NCBI GenBank assembly: GCA_028023455.1
Contig: JAQFVV010000001.1
Coordinates: 6,324,001 to 6,388,000 of the forward strand
Length of the DNA stretch: 64,000 nucleotides
Direction: 5' to 3'
Source of the DNA: Epiperipatus broadwayi
Lineage: Eukaryota; Animalia; Onychophora
The position numbers and the translations under genes are program-made. The notes beneath the pieces are model-generated. The model was given only the letters and a program-made list of their open reading frames with translations, was not told where the DNA came from and ran no database searches. Each line of letters begins with the position of its first letter. The first letter of the stretch is position 1. Below are positions 25,167-39,203 of this stretch, piece after piece.

Positions 25167-27881
25167 GGTTCTCATCTGATCCTTCGTGTCAGCTGCAGGT
25201 GGTGTGATTTCTAACCAAAAACATATTAATATAAAGTTCCAGGCTAGTGATTCTCTATTAATATTGACTTTTTTTTGTTTGTTTACAAAGTTTACTTTCT
25301 TTCCCAAATAATATTTTTGACAATGGATAATAATAGTTTTTTTTTTTAATTTTTATTGACAAGAGGGTTTTTTCAGTGTGTTCAAATAGTAATTTGTGTT
25401 TTTTAAAAAATAGTATTGCTGTTTTTGTAAAATTGGATTGACAAAATTCAAGAGTGAACGGGTTTTGTTTGATGGATCTTTAAATAATAATTTACGTTAG
25501 TTTGATAGGTTTACATTTGATTGCCGACAACAATTAGTGAGAGGGGTGTTTTTGTGTATGATTAAATAATAATTTACATTACTTTTATAGGTTTACATTT
25601 GATTGCCAACAACAATTATTAGGAGAAGTGTTTTTTTTCTCGTGTGTGTGTATGTTTAAATGAAAATTAAAACCGTTACTTTTATTGGTTTACATTTGAT
25701 TGACAACCAATTTGACTCCCTTTTGTTTATAAATTATGGTTTTGGTTCTACAAATAAATATTTTTGACAATGGGACAATAATAGTTGTTGTTTGCTTAAT
25801 TTTTTTATTGACAAGAGGGTGTTTTTCGGTGTAGGTTCAAATAGGAATTTGGGTTACATTTAAATAATAAATTACGGTCTTACTTTGATTGGTTTACATT
25901 TGATTGCTGATACTAATTATTGGGAGAAGGGGTGTTTTTTGTGTGTATGATTGTAGACAACAATTATTGGGAAAAGGGGTGTAACCGTTTAAAGAATAGT
26001 AGTTTACGTTACTTTTAGTGGTGGTGTACATTTGATTGCTGACAATAATTAGTGAGAGGGGTGGGTGTTTTGGGGTGATGATTAAATACTAATTTACCTT
26101 CCTTTTATTTTACATTTGATTGCCGACAACAATTATTGGGAGAAAGGGGTTTTTTTTGTGTATGTTTAAAACAAAATTGAAGTTACTTTTATCAGTTATA
26201 TTTGATTTACAACCGATTTGACTTTTTTTTTTCGTTTATAAATTGTGGTTTTGTTTTGCCCAAAACCTAATATTTTTGACAATGGGACAATAATAGTTGT
26301 TGTTTCTTTTATTTTTATTGACAAGAGTGGGACTTTTTTGGTGTATGTTCAAATAGTAATTTAGGTTACATTTAAAAAATAATTGGTTTACCTTACTTTT
26401 AGTGCTTTACATTTGATTGCCGATAACAATTAGTGGGAGGGGTGTTTTTGTGTACAATTAATGAATAATTGTACGTTACTTTAATTTTTTACAATTGATT
26501 TCCAACAACAATTATTGGGAAAAAGGGTTTTGCATTTTTTTTGTTTGTGTGTATGTTGAAATCAAAATTTAAGTGATTTTTATCGGTTACCATTTGATTG
26601 AAAACCGATTTGACTTTTTTTTTCATTTATAAATTTTTTGCGTTTTCCCAAATAATATTCGGTTTGACAATGGAACAATAATAGTTGTTGTTTCTTTAAT
26701 TTTGATTGACAAGAGCGGGTCTTTTTCAGTGTATGCTCAAATAGTAATTTGGGTTATGTTTAACTAATAATTTAGGTCTTACTTTGATTGGTTTACATTT
26801 AATTGCCGATGACAATTAGTGGGAGGGTTTTTTTTCTATACGATTAAAGAATAGTTGATGTTCCTTTTATTTGACCATCTGATTGCTGATGACAACAATT
26901 ATTGGGAGAAGAAGGGTTTTTTGGGCTATGTTTAAATCAAAATTTTAGTTACTTCTTTTATTTTACATTTGATTGCCGACAGCGACAATTATCGGCAGAA
27001 GGGATGTATGTTTAAAATAAAAATTGAAGTTACTTTTTTTATTTTTTACATTTGACGAAGGCCATTTGGAATCCCTCAAACAAGCTTGTCTTTACGAAGT
27101 GAACATTTCCATCATTGGCCACAATGAGACTTACAAATGAAAGTCGAAAGATGTTTTTGGACCTCAAATCTGCATATATTTGCTGCACAATTCAATTTTT
27201 TCTTTCAGCAGCAGGATTTTTTTTTGCTGTAGAAATATTCCAGCATCAGCTTCCGTGTCTGACAATTCCTATCTTTTCAAGTTTTCTGTTGTTTGAATTA
27301 GCCATCTTCTTGGTCTCGGAAAATTTCTCGCTAAAACGTGACTCAAAGCATGATCATTTAAAAATTTTATGCTACCCCACCCTAATCGAGAATTTAGGAT
27401 GCTTATAGCTTTACGAGGAACAATCACAACACTGTTTAAATTGTTAAAAGGTAACAGTACATCAATTCATCTTTAAAAAGGCCCCGATGAAAATTTAAAT
27501 ACTTTTGACATGATCAAATTAACACACTCTCATATGATATTGATACATAAAATACATAACACAGCATTATGATATAGTGCATGACACAAACAACTATGGC
27601 ATTTCCCTCTGCTTTTAGCATCAGAAAAAGCTACACCATTAGCCGCTATGCCGAGTTAACACTCTTTCTAGATTTTATCATAGAAAGAAGACTTAACTCC
27701 AAGTTAACACTCTACCTTTTAGCGTAGAAACAAGACTTAACTCTGAGTTAACAATCTTTCTAGGATTTATTTTAGAAATAATGCTTAAAGGCTTGGGTGC
27801 GGCTGTGGAAATGGCATATTTCTAGAAATTTAGCTAGAAATCGCACCACCCATGGCTGACATAAAGGATCAGATGAGAACC
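25167..27881 (-). mobile_element. Merlin-type DNA transposon, copy 3 (internally deleted, tandem-repeat filled)
   Basis: 47-bp terminal inverted repeats GGTTCTCATCTGATCC... with 7 mismatches. Perfect 8-bp TSD AAAATATG (25159-25166 and 27882-27889). Internal higher-order tandem array at ~25300-27050. Confidence 0.93.
27060..27305 (-). pseudogene. Frameshifted Merlin-like transposase N-terminal remnant
   Basis: Reads ...ELSDTEADAGIFLQQKKILL...CSKYMQI*... then KTSLFEG, paralleling the copy 2 remnant and the RKG(T/S)WFEG motif. Confidence 0.55.
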
Positions 27882-27989
27882 AAAATATGTAAGAACTGTG
27901 ATGTTATAAAGAGCATGAGATCATAAAAAATCTCTGTGAGATCATCCAGATAACTCAGTAAAGTAACTACAAGTATAATTACTAATCTG

Positions 27990-28560
27990 CGACCATTATC
28001 ATAAGTAAAAGTATATGCTAGTACTATTCAAAAGAAACTAACCATTCATCATCAAGAATGATTAATAAAAATACATCAACATCCAATCTTGTGACAGTAT
28101 GTGAACAATTCAAAATATAAATCAACAGTCAATCTGGGAACTGGATTGGAAATGTGTCTTTTATAAAACAGACTATGTAGCCCTTTCCAGCCTGTGGAAA
28201 ATTATTGAAAACATTAATTTGGATGCACCAATTTAAGTACTAATCCATTAAAATACATAAAAATAAAAAATCTAAAGAATAATGCTGGGATATTAAAACA
28301 TGCTGATAATTATCAATGCTCTACTCACTTTGTACTATTAATGTACTGACCAATTATAAACTTAATTTCTAATAAGATTAAACTAAATAAAATGTAGTGC
28401 AGAGATTTAAAGAATATAATCTTATGTGCCAACTAGGTTGATGATGATTGATCATTGCTGCAATGCCCCTTAAACACTAAATCCACAACCCCATTTATAT
28501 ATCAGCTGTAATACACAAATTTAGCTCAGAAGAACACAATCTCATTAACTGTTATGGTGA
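27990..28560. repeat. Third, more diverged copy of the fold-back arm sequence
   Basis: Matches ~20000-20450 in direct orientation, e.g. aataatgctgggatattaaaacatgc and caattataaacttaatttctaata. Confidence 0.85.
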
Positions 28561-31052
28561 CCAAGAGATAATAATCCAATACAATTTTAACAAATGAATT
28601 TAAGTTTATTAATAACAATATAAAAAATAAAGTTAAGGTCTGTAGAATATGACTCTATAATTGAAGGCCTTCTGATTTTGATTAACATATAATAAAAAAT
28701 TATCACATTGTGATTTGAAATGGCTACTACACAAAATTCAAACTATTATATTGATTTTCATATATGTTCCAATAGGTTTATTTAAAATCAGACAACATAC
28801 AGACATGTGGCTTAATATAAAATAAATATGTTTGAATTAAAAATATATTTCATAATAATTCCATTTGAAAACTCTCCATAAAATTAAATATACATGTGTA
28901 TCTATAAACATAAAGATGATATGAATTAATATTAATTAGTCTTTTTTCAGTCAATAAAAGTATTTTCTTTTTCAAGTCAATTTTTTAACAGATAACTCAA
29001 AAGTTTTTTTTTCATAACAGAGTACTTCCAATTAATTAATTACATCTTTAAATTAATCTAAAAAATTTTTTTGAAGTTCTCTTTTTTCAAAATAAATTGT
29101 TCATGAATCAATCATTACTTTTAGATTTTAATTCAATTTAAGAAAAATTATTTACTTGTTACCTTTTAAAATATATAGATTTTTAAATGTCATTTTTACC
29201 AAAGAAATTATTTAAAATTTAATTCTCATTATATATAATGCTACTTACCATTGTAGATACATTTATCTGTGCTTCTCTTAGTGAGTTGATCTTGGTGAGA
29301 CAGGTATAGACTGGAATTGTCATAATCAGAGTAGTATAATCAGATATGTTGGCATTCTCCATTCTGTCTAGGGATTGATGAGCTTCAGGCCAGAAAATTT
29401 TTTTCAGAACTCATTTGTAGTTATGAATTTTAAGAGAAAGTGGATCATTTTCCTACATGTGAATTTAAACTCTACCATTGAACTGTAGAGCAGATGCTTC
29501 CTACTGTCTTGACTTCAGCTACATCTTCATGGGAGTGCTGTCAACTCTGCTACCTATATATTCTGATTTTCAAAATATTAAAGCCAAGTCTTCTGCCCAG
29601 TTCTTACAAAATATATTTAGCCAAGACTTAATACCAAAACTGTAAGCCAAACTATATTGGCCAACTCTCATTTCAAAAACTACTATCCAGAATTTTCAGC
29701 TGTCCAATTTGACCAGCTACTTCTCAAAATATTAAAGCCAGACACTTCTGGCTAGCTCTTACAAAATGTGCAAGCTAAACTGGACTGATATTTTTTATCA
29801 GTATTATCCGAGGTGATAAAAACAGATTGAAGGCTGTTTTTAATCTGTCTAATCATTTTTAATATTGAGGTGACAAAAACCCAGTGATTGAAAACAGAGT
29901 TTTTCTACCCAATCTTTATCTTGATTAAAATCAATTTTAATCTTTTCAAATCACTTTTAATTAAAAGCTACTTTTGGAAGCAACTCTGAAATTTTACCAA
30001 AGGTGTGATCTACATATTTTTACTTTAGTACTTTGGAATTTTTAATCTAAAAAGATTTTTAAAAACAGATAAAAGAAATATATACACACATTATTTCAAA
30101 AATAAATCATGCTTGTTTTTAAATTCAAAATCAGAATATTATTTATTTAGACCTTCTTTAAAAAAATATTTATTTCATAATAAAATTTTGTTTTAATTCA
30201 GAATTATTTAACCCTTTATGGGATTGTTATTCTCAGTGAATGTAAAAAATATTTACTAAAAATTTTGTCTGCATTTATTTCTACTTTTCCTTTACTTTAT
30301 ATATATTTCTGCACACATACTATATTATTGTGTTCCATATAACAGACCTATTGTAATATATAATTATTAATAAATACTTGTCACTGACAAATACCCTGGA
30401 TAATTGAAGCATTAAGTATTTGTGCTGATCAATCAAGACCAATGAGTTACTTAAAAATACCATTATCCAACTAAAATAAATTCTGAGAAAATGGTCTTTT
30501 AATGCATTTGTATATCATCATTTCAAACCCACATCAGTCAGTGGAAAGTTAGCCATTGAATTAATGTTAAACAGGAAAGTAAGAAAAAATAAAAGGCATT
30601 GTAGTCCAACATTAAATTGTAATAAATTTTAAATGAGGGATAAGTTTTAGGTTAGAGAAGAATATACATAAATTGTAGATTGAAGGGAGATTTCAAAATT
30701 ATTATCAAAATAAATTGTGGTAGTAAAAATTTAAGTATATCAGAGATATTTTAACTTTATATCAATGAAGTTTTTTTCTTGGAAGCTGTGAAGATTATAA
30801 AAGTTACATAATCACATTTAAAGCCATCAAAAATGGGACAAAAGTGAATCCCAATAAATGCATAATATTAATATGGTAGACAACAATTCAAGGTCAATAA
30901 ACATCAAAACCTGCTGAACAATATATAAAAACCTAGCTCTAAATTTCCAAGGCTGAAAAGATTAAAGAAAGTAGCCCAAACATCTAAAGAACTATTTTTC
31001 TTAAAGCAAATTATAAATCTTAATTTGATAAAGTTAGGGAGAAATTATATAA

Positions 31053-33825
31053 TGTACCAAAGTATATTGATATTAAAGTAATTGTATGAGTTCCATGTTT
31101 TAAAAATATAAAAATTTAATATTAAGAGAATAAAATGTAAAAACTAAAGAGCAGGGGGAAGGGGGAATTTTGTATTAAATAAAATAAACTGTAAATGCTG
31201 TTTAAAATAATAAGCTGTTTATAAGAAAAGATTTTTTTTGTTTAAAAGAAGAAAAAATCTTGTAATAACTAAATGATTTAATATTCTTTCAATGAATTTT
31301 TAATAAAATAATAAAGAGATTTCGTTTTATCTTATAATAAAATAAATAAATATATGTGCATGTGTGTATGTAATTTTTAATAAAAGTAGACACAGAAGCT
31401 GATTTTATTTCATGAGATGAACACTGCTGCTAAATAAAGTTTTCCATTGTTTAAAACAGTATAAATAGCTCAACTTTTGTCCATTCTTGGTCTGACTTTC
31501 TCATTTTAATAAATATTTCTTGAAGTAATATTTCCAAAAAAAATGTTGCACTGTTAAAACCAATGTATTTGCAGTTGACCAAAAGCCACTCTCTACGCAT
31601 CTAAGATCTGCGATTAGTTCGGAAAGTAATCATGTTGAAATAGACTAAACAGACAGTGGAGTGCAGGAATGCTAAACCAGCCACAAAAATCATACCAAAT
31701 CACAGGATATATGAAGGAATCATTTTATCAGTCATCGATGAGTTAAGAAATAATTCCATTATGCTGTTTCTGTTGTATTTTAAAACCTAGGTAATTATTT
31801 GACTTTGATATCTAAACATTCCCAATTTCCTTTTAAAATAAAGATAGACTTTATTAAAAGAACTTTGAACTTTTTGAATTAAACTTAAAAAAAGAATAAA
31901 CTTTAAACTTCAAAAAATTAATATTTGCAATAATAAAATAAGTAAAAGCAGCTTCTATTAAATAATATTTTTGAAACAATGGCATGCATGTATGTGTGAT
32001 TTGTTTTTTTTTTAAACTTAAAAAAAAGGATAAAATAAAATATGATGTAATGTGTATAATTTATTTGCTAAAGTAATATATTAAAATGCTTATTTTAATC
32101 TTTGAAAATAGAAGTGTGTGTGTCTCATTATAAAATAAAATGATTAATTTATTTTAAAAGAATATAAAAAAACACTTAAATTATTTTTCTTAAAACATTT
32201 ATGTTTATATGTGTGGGTAAGTATAAATCTTTATTTTCTTAGTAAGAGTAGGAGGGAAAAAATCAAATCATTAATAATAGTATTTCAGAAAAGATTCACT
32301 AAATTAAATCTATAAATGTTTAGTATTCAGTATAATGTTGTTATTATTAGTTTTAAAGGATTGAAGTATTATTTTTGAATGGTTTGAGGAAAATTATTTT
32401 AGGTTTTTTAAAAAAATAGTAGTAACTTAGAAGAGGCAGCATTTAAGATATACATTTTGTTTTGTTTATTTAGTGGGTGGTTGGAACTGGTTGAGCTAGC
32501 AGGGATTTTCAGGTATCAAATTATGCTGATCAAATGGACATGCTAATTCTAATGTAATTAGCTGGTGCCTAAGGGATTTTTCTTTCTTCTTTTAAAAATA
32601 AAATAAAGTGTTTATTTGATCAGTGTATATTTGGTAGTCGAGTGTTGAATGTTATTGATAGTTCGCTATTGATGATAGTTGACACTTTACCTGAAAACCA
32701 ACCATTTTCTGAAAAAGAAATCTAGGAAGACAAAATATAATAAGATATTAGATTATATTTTATTTATCGATGCTTGGTGTTTGCTGTTTCCCATAAGCTT
32801 AAGTAGTAAATTTTAAATTGTAGTTTTATATCATTAAGAGATTTGAAGGTAGTAAAAAGTAAGTGTTAAATAAATAGAAGTAGTAGTTAAGTAAATAAAA
32901 TTAGATTGTTTATAGTTTTAAATTCTGGGAAAACTAAAATGCTCAGAATGATATTTTAGTTTCAGAGAAGGGACAGAGATAATGTACCAAAGTACATTGC
33001 TTTAAATTAATTTTATGAGTCCCATGTTTTAATATAAAAATTTAATATTAAGAGAATAAAATGTAAAAACTAAAGAGCAGAGGGGAGGGGAATTTCGTAT
33101 TAAATAAAATAAACTGTAAACGCTGTTTAAAATAAAAAAATTTTTTTTTGTTTTAAAGAAAAAAAAATCTTGTAATAAATAAATGATTTAATATTCTTTA
33201 AATGAATTTTTAATAAAATAAAAAGTAGATGCAGAAGCTGATTTTATTTCACCAGATGAAAGCTGCTGCTAAATAAAGTTTTCCATTGTTTAAAACAGTA
33301 TAAATAGCTCAACTTTTGTTCATTCTTGGTCTGACTTTCTCATTTTAATAAATATTTCTTGAAGTAATATTTTCAAAAAATGTTGCACTGTTAAAACCAA
33401 CATATTTGCAGTTGACCGAAAGCCGCTCTCTACGCATCTAAGATCTGTGATTAGTTCGGAAAGTAATCATGTTGAAATAGACTAAATGGACAGCAGAGTG
33501 CGGGAATGCCAAACCAGCCATGAAAATCATACCAAATCACAGGATCTATGGAGGAATCATTTTATCAGTCATCGATGAGTTAAGAAATAATTCCATTATG
33601 CTGTTTCTGTCATATTTTAAAACCTAGGTAATTATTTGACTTTGATATCTAAACATTCCCAATTTCCTTTTAAAATAAAGATAGACTTTATTAAAAGAAC
33701 TTTGAACTTTTTGAATTAAACTTAAAAAAAGACTAAACTTTAAACTTCAAAAAATTAATATTTGCAATAATAAAATAAGTAAAAGCAGCTTCTATTAAAT
33801 AATATTTTTGAAACAATGGCATGCA
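31053..33825 (+). repeat. Direct repeat pair 31053-31988 and 32983-33825 with a ~1-kb spacer
   Basis: High similarity throughout. Both copies start TGTACC and end GCATGCA. A purine tract AGAGAAGGGACAGAGA precedes copy 2. Confidence 0.92.
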
Positions 33826-33827
33826 CG

Positions 33828-36779
33828 TATTCTAAGCATAAAAAAAATTCATTCTTAAACTCCTAATTCTTTCACTTCTTTGGCATATCACATTATCCAA
33901 AACTAATTGGAGAAATACAAGTCAAATGACTATAAATTTAACAATTATATAAATGAATCGCACAAAACAGGCACACACATGCATAACAATGCACAAAATG
34001 ATTTCAAATCATATTCAATATGTAGATTTTATAACAACATTAACCAATAAATCAAAAATAAATCTAATTCATGATGAATTATAAATGCTTCAAATTTTGA
34101 GGAATAAGAATCATCATCAAACAGACTTCATTGTCTCCAACAACGCCAAGAGAAAACACTGTGTATTTAATATTAATTAATAAACTGAAATAAAATTTTA
34201 ATTTACAACGAGCTATAAATGTTTCAAGTTTTGAAATATAATAATTATTATTAAATAAACCTCATCATTTCTGACAAAGCAAAGATAAAACAACACTTCT
34301 GTGTATTTAACATTAACTACTAAATTGAAATAAAATTTTAATTTATGGTGGACTATAACTCTTTTAAATTTAAAGCATAATATTTAGTATTAAATAGACC
34401 TCATAATCTCAGACAACACAAAGATAAAATAATACTTTTTATACATTTACCCCTCTTTTAAATTAGCTCCTGGCTTCATGATAGCAAATAAATATTTCCA
34501 CTGCTAACATAAGCATATATAATGCATGTACATAAAAAAATAATTGCATTTAAATGATAATCAATAATTTAGTATAATATTTTTGATATTATACATATCC
34601 AAGATGATCTTGAAGCAAAAAAAAATTAAAAAAATATAAAAACAAATAAATTGATCTACCTATTTACCATACACTAACACCAAAAGAAATGATTAAATCT
34701 TTTTAGCTGGAAAATAAAAATTCATTCATAAAGTCTGTAAATAATGCCTCTTAGACATATATGAAGATAATGATAATAATTATAAAACAAATAGATGTGA
34801 GTAGACATATAGACAAATTGCCGCAGGATGAGAACAAATAGATGTGAGTAGACATAGAGATAAATTCCCACAGGATGAACAATACATTTGGATCCCATTG
34901 AAGAGCAGTTTCCAAAGTTCTTAGCAAATAGCTAATTGAAATTGCTGACAATATAGAATGTGAAGTATTCAACATATTTTCTTTTCATAATGACAAATTA
35001 TGTTTACTGCTGCAGATTTCCCGTAATAATTATTGTTTAATTAACTGGTGGTTTCACAGTTTTATAACTCAGCAATCAGTCTTGAAAATTTCAAAAGAAT
35101 AATTAGTTTTCCACCAATTAACATTGACTATAATTACATTTATCAAGGAATTCATAATACTTTATCAAAGGCCATCCATTAAGCAAATAGTTAATTAATT
35201 TATAATATTCACTTAAGTCTACATAATTTTTTAAATGATAATATAGTTTTAGTAATGAGTTAAGTGTAAATGAAGAGAACAATGAAAAAATGTACACAAG
35301 TATTATTCATGCTTTTCCACTTGCATTAAGTTATAAGCACACTTAATAGAGGCTAGTTATCCATTAGTTTTATATAAACTGTACATTCAATTCCTTAATA
35401 CTAGAAGATATGAATGGTTAGATATAATTCTCATCTGGTAATAATTTATGGCATATTACACTAAGTTAGACACACACACCCTTCCATTTGAGTTTTACTT
35501 TTTTATAGCCAGAATAATTTTTTTTTAATCTAGAGTTTATGAAATGTTTTGTTAAAAAGTTCAACTTAATTTTCCCCTTAAAATAACAAAATTCATACAA
35601 TTCCATTTTTTCATTAATACTAAAGATTAAGGTTAAGTAAGTTAAACTTGAGTTATAGACACATGTATGTATTTTAAGTGATGGTATTAAATCTAAAGTT
35701 AGTTAATTGAAAACATAGGGTGATATATCTTGTTTGAAGTTGATTACATTGTCATCCTTTTCTTTATATTCCAAAAAAAAATTTTTAATTAGTTTCATTT
35801 AAGAAAAATAATACTTAAAGAAAAGTCATACTTTTGAATTTAAATTGAATATTAACCGCTTGATTTTGGAAAAAGAACCACACACAGAGAGAGAGGACTA
35901 CTTTCTTGTATATCTTTTTTGTTACTGATTATTGCTCAGATATCCATTTCCCCAAAGGTCAAATTCAAGAAGGTCAACCCCACCTTTTGGACTAAGATAA
36001 TTAACTGGAAATATTCAATAAATCTTTATTCTCTTTAGGAGAAGAAAAAAAATATTCTGACCTTTAAATGATATTAAATCAAATTGAATAAAAATATTCT
36101 TTACACTTCTAAAAATGAAATAATAATAAAAAAATAATCACCCAGTAAATAAATCAATTGATAGTATATTTGGTCTGCTTAACAATTCACTGCCACCCAT
36201 TAATCACTTAGGATGTGTTTAAATTGGTTATCAAAGATATTTATTATAAATTTAAATATTTCACTGTAAAACATAATATTCTGTATCATTACCAAATATG
36301 AATGAAAGATAAAGTTGTAAGATGGCACAAACATACATGCACACACATATGCTGCACTATAAATACTAAACCAATGTGATCAAAATAGAAGCCTGTATGA
36401 CCAGGAGTCAAATATACAGTACTAACCATGCTATGGACTGGAGTATCAATAAGAAAATAAACCAGAAAATCACTAAACACCTATCAAACACTCTCTTACA
36501 GACAAATAAGACTAATCTGAATCAACTCAACCCATACACTAACAGTTTCTGTGACAAGCCACCCCTTTCTATCAATAAATACCCATCAAAGAAATACTAA
36601 ATGTCTTAAAACTTTTAAATAATATCTGTAAGTAAGTTTCTAAACAAGGTTATGGATTATTAATGAAAAATCTTTAAAAATTTCATGTTATTTACTTTTT
36701 TAACTAATCACAATTAGTTATTACTGATACAGTGTTATCTATTTAAAATTTGTTTCTTGTGTCCATTTAGAAGATCACA
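33828..36779 (-). repeat. 3' LTR (shared portion)
   Basis: Colinear with 41748-44399. It carries extra internal duplications at ~34100-34440 and ~34790-34880. Confidence 0.85.
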
Positions 36780-36959
36780 ACACCCCCTTCTTTATAAAAA
36801 AATGAAATAAGGAAGTAACAACAAGTTTACTATATTTGTAATTTAGACCTTATACAATTAGTTTAATTCATAGCTTGAAAATTATGCATACAAAACACTC
36901 ACTCTTAAATCTCTAACTGACTACTGTACTCTCATTGGATACTGATTATACCCTTTTAG

Positions 36960-39203
36960 GGATGTTTGGTACCCCACTAGTGGATGGTTGACCACCATCA
37001 TCACTCTATTTTACAAGAGAATAGGGTTATAATAGGGCCTATTTTTCAATTAAGGTTTTATTCTATACCTACTCTTGCTCCTATTTATCCTGTATTGGTG
37101 CCAAGGTGATCTACTTGGGACACTAATGCTACTTAAATTCATAAGGGTTTCCCTATTAACTCTAGTCTTACCATCACTTTCTTTATCACTAATCTCAATG
37201 GAGTCTAAGATGTCCACAACATTCTTAATTGTTTGCCTATCTGATGCTATGAGAACCTGCTCAACATACCAAGGTAATTTATGATGTATTATCCAAACTA
37301 TCTGTTGCTCGGATAAAGGATATGCACTGTCTTACGTTTCCTGGCCTGTTTCCTAAAAAACTGTGTGTAACTCTCTTTATCATGATTGTACTTCTCTTAA
37401 AAAAAATTGTTATCTCAGATTATCTTGTCTATCTCCCCCCCCCCCAAAAAAAAAAAACTAGCTAACAGAAGATACTTAAAATCTCCATAAGCATGAGGCT
37501 TATCAAATAGGGACTGACATCAATTTTTAGTGGAAGAGTACAAATGATTGTTAGCAATGACAATCTTTTTCTGTTTCTGAAAGTAGAAATAATGTGAATA
37601 ACTCTTCTAGACTCTGCAAAAATTTGTATAGATTCTCTACATACTCCCTTTTAAAGGTTTTAATAGTCAGGAACTTAAACACCATGGAGTCATATGAATC
37701 CCTTCACTATTTAGTTTCTCTCTATTCGATCCTAATTTGTGTAGGTCTACTCTATCATGTTCGGTGTCTTCTATAGACCCTGAAGAATACTGATCTGTAA
37801 AGCCACAGTAAGCTTCCTTAACCTCAGTAACAACCAACTCCCTAGCATTTGACTGTCCTAATTCTAACTTTGAATTTGGCCTTTAAATTAAAGTAGCTTG
37901 GATAAACTTCTCTAATTAATCTGATAGTTTCTCCATTCACAATTAAATTTATTACTAAATTTATCTTCAGCCTTATCTGAAAAAATTTGTTTATCTACAG
38001 TACTCTTCACATCCTCCATCTCTATTTTTAAACTATCTCTCATTCATCTCATCTAATTTAAACTCCATTGCTCATATGCCTTCTTCCCCTGCTTCTAACT
38101 CATCAACCCTCTTAATAATCTAGATAATTTGGTCATTTATATTCTGGTCAATCCTGCCCTGATTTAACTTCTGATTTTCTAATTGAAAATGCAAGGCTTT
38201 TATTTGGTTCTGACATTCATCAATCTGACAACTGATCTTTAAAATTCTATCATCAGTTTTACCCTGGTATTCTTTCAAATTCTTTTTGACAGGTCCAAAT
38301 TCTTCTTCATACAACTGAAACTTCTGCTTGATCTCAACGGTACATTCACTAGTGTATCGACTATGCAACATTTGGTACTCTAGCCCTTTATCTTTTATTA
38401 TTGTCTCTGTCTTATTAAAACTTTCTTTGATTTCTTCCTAAGTTGCAATACTGAGTCATCATTATTTTATTTAATCTGCTGTAGCTGATATTTAACATTT
38501 ATTTCTATCACTTCTAATTTATATACTTGACTCCTAATATTTTCTCTAGTCTCCTACATTTTTATCATCTGATTCTCAATATTATCTTCCAATCTTTGCA
38601 TCTGCATAACTGAATTATTTTTCAATCCTGACATTTGTTGGGCATTCTCTGCTAACCTTTTTTGTACTTCTAACTTCATTTTTGACACTTGTTGAGCATC
38701 GTCTGCTAACTTCTCTTGCATTTGTTGGGCATCTCTCCTAACTTCTGTTGTATCATTTCTGACATTTTTCAGGCATTCTCTCCTAACTTCTCGTGCATCA
38801 TATCTGACATTTGTCAGGCATTCTCCCCTAACTTATCTTGCATTTGTTGGGCATTCTCTACTAACTTCTCTTGCATTTGTTGGGAATTCTCTCCTAACTT
38901 CTGAATTTCTAATTACATTTTTGACATTTATTGGGCATTCGCTCCTAACTTCTCTTGCATCATATCTAACATTTGTCAGGCATTCTTTTCTAAATTTCCA
39001 CTCATCATCCTAATTATCATCTGTAAGTACTCATCCATCCTCCCAGATGGGACATTTTCTACCCTACCATCTTCTCTACCAGTTAAATTCATGGTTTTAT
39101 TTTCTGAATGAATATCAGGGGATAAAGCAATTGTATCTGGAGATGACATCTTTTGGGACCTGATCAAATCATCATTTATATTAAATTCTTCCATTATACC
39201 CAA
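36960..39203 (-). pseudogene. Retrotransposon gag pseudogene
   Basis: Coiled-coil repeats (QQMQEKLGENA) at ~38640-38990, ORF pieces 38976-39203 and 38120-38371, then gag-like KFLQSLEELF...LSETEK and LSEQQIVWIIHHKLPWYVEQVL...TIKNVVDILDSIE. Stops are often TGA/TAA, one C-to-T change from CGA/CAA. Confidence 0.72.

Noticed and set aside
27653-27800. CRISPR-like repeat-spacer array
   Set aside because: The context is eukaryotic and inside a transposon, there are only three units with tiny variable loops, and no cas genes are present.
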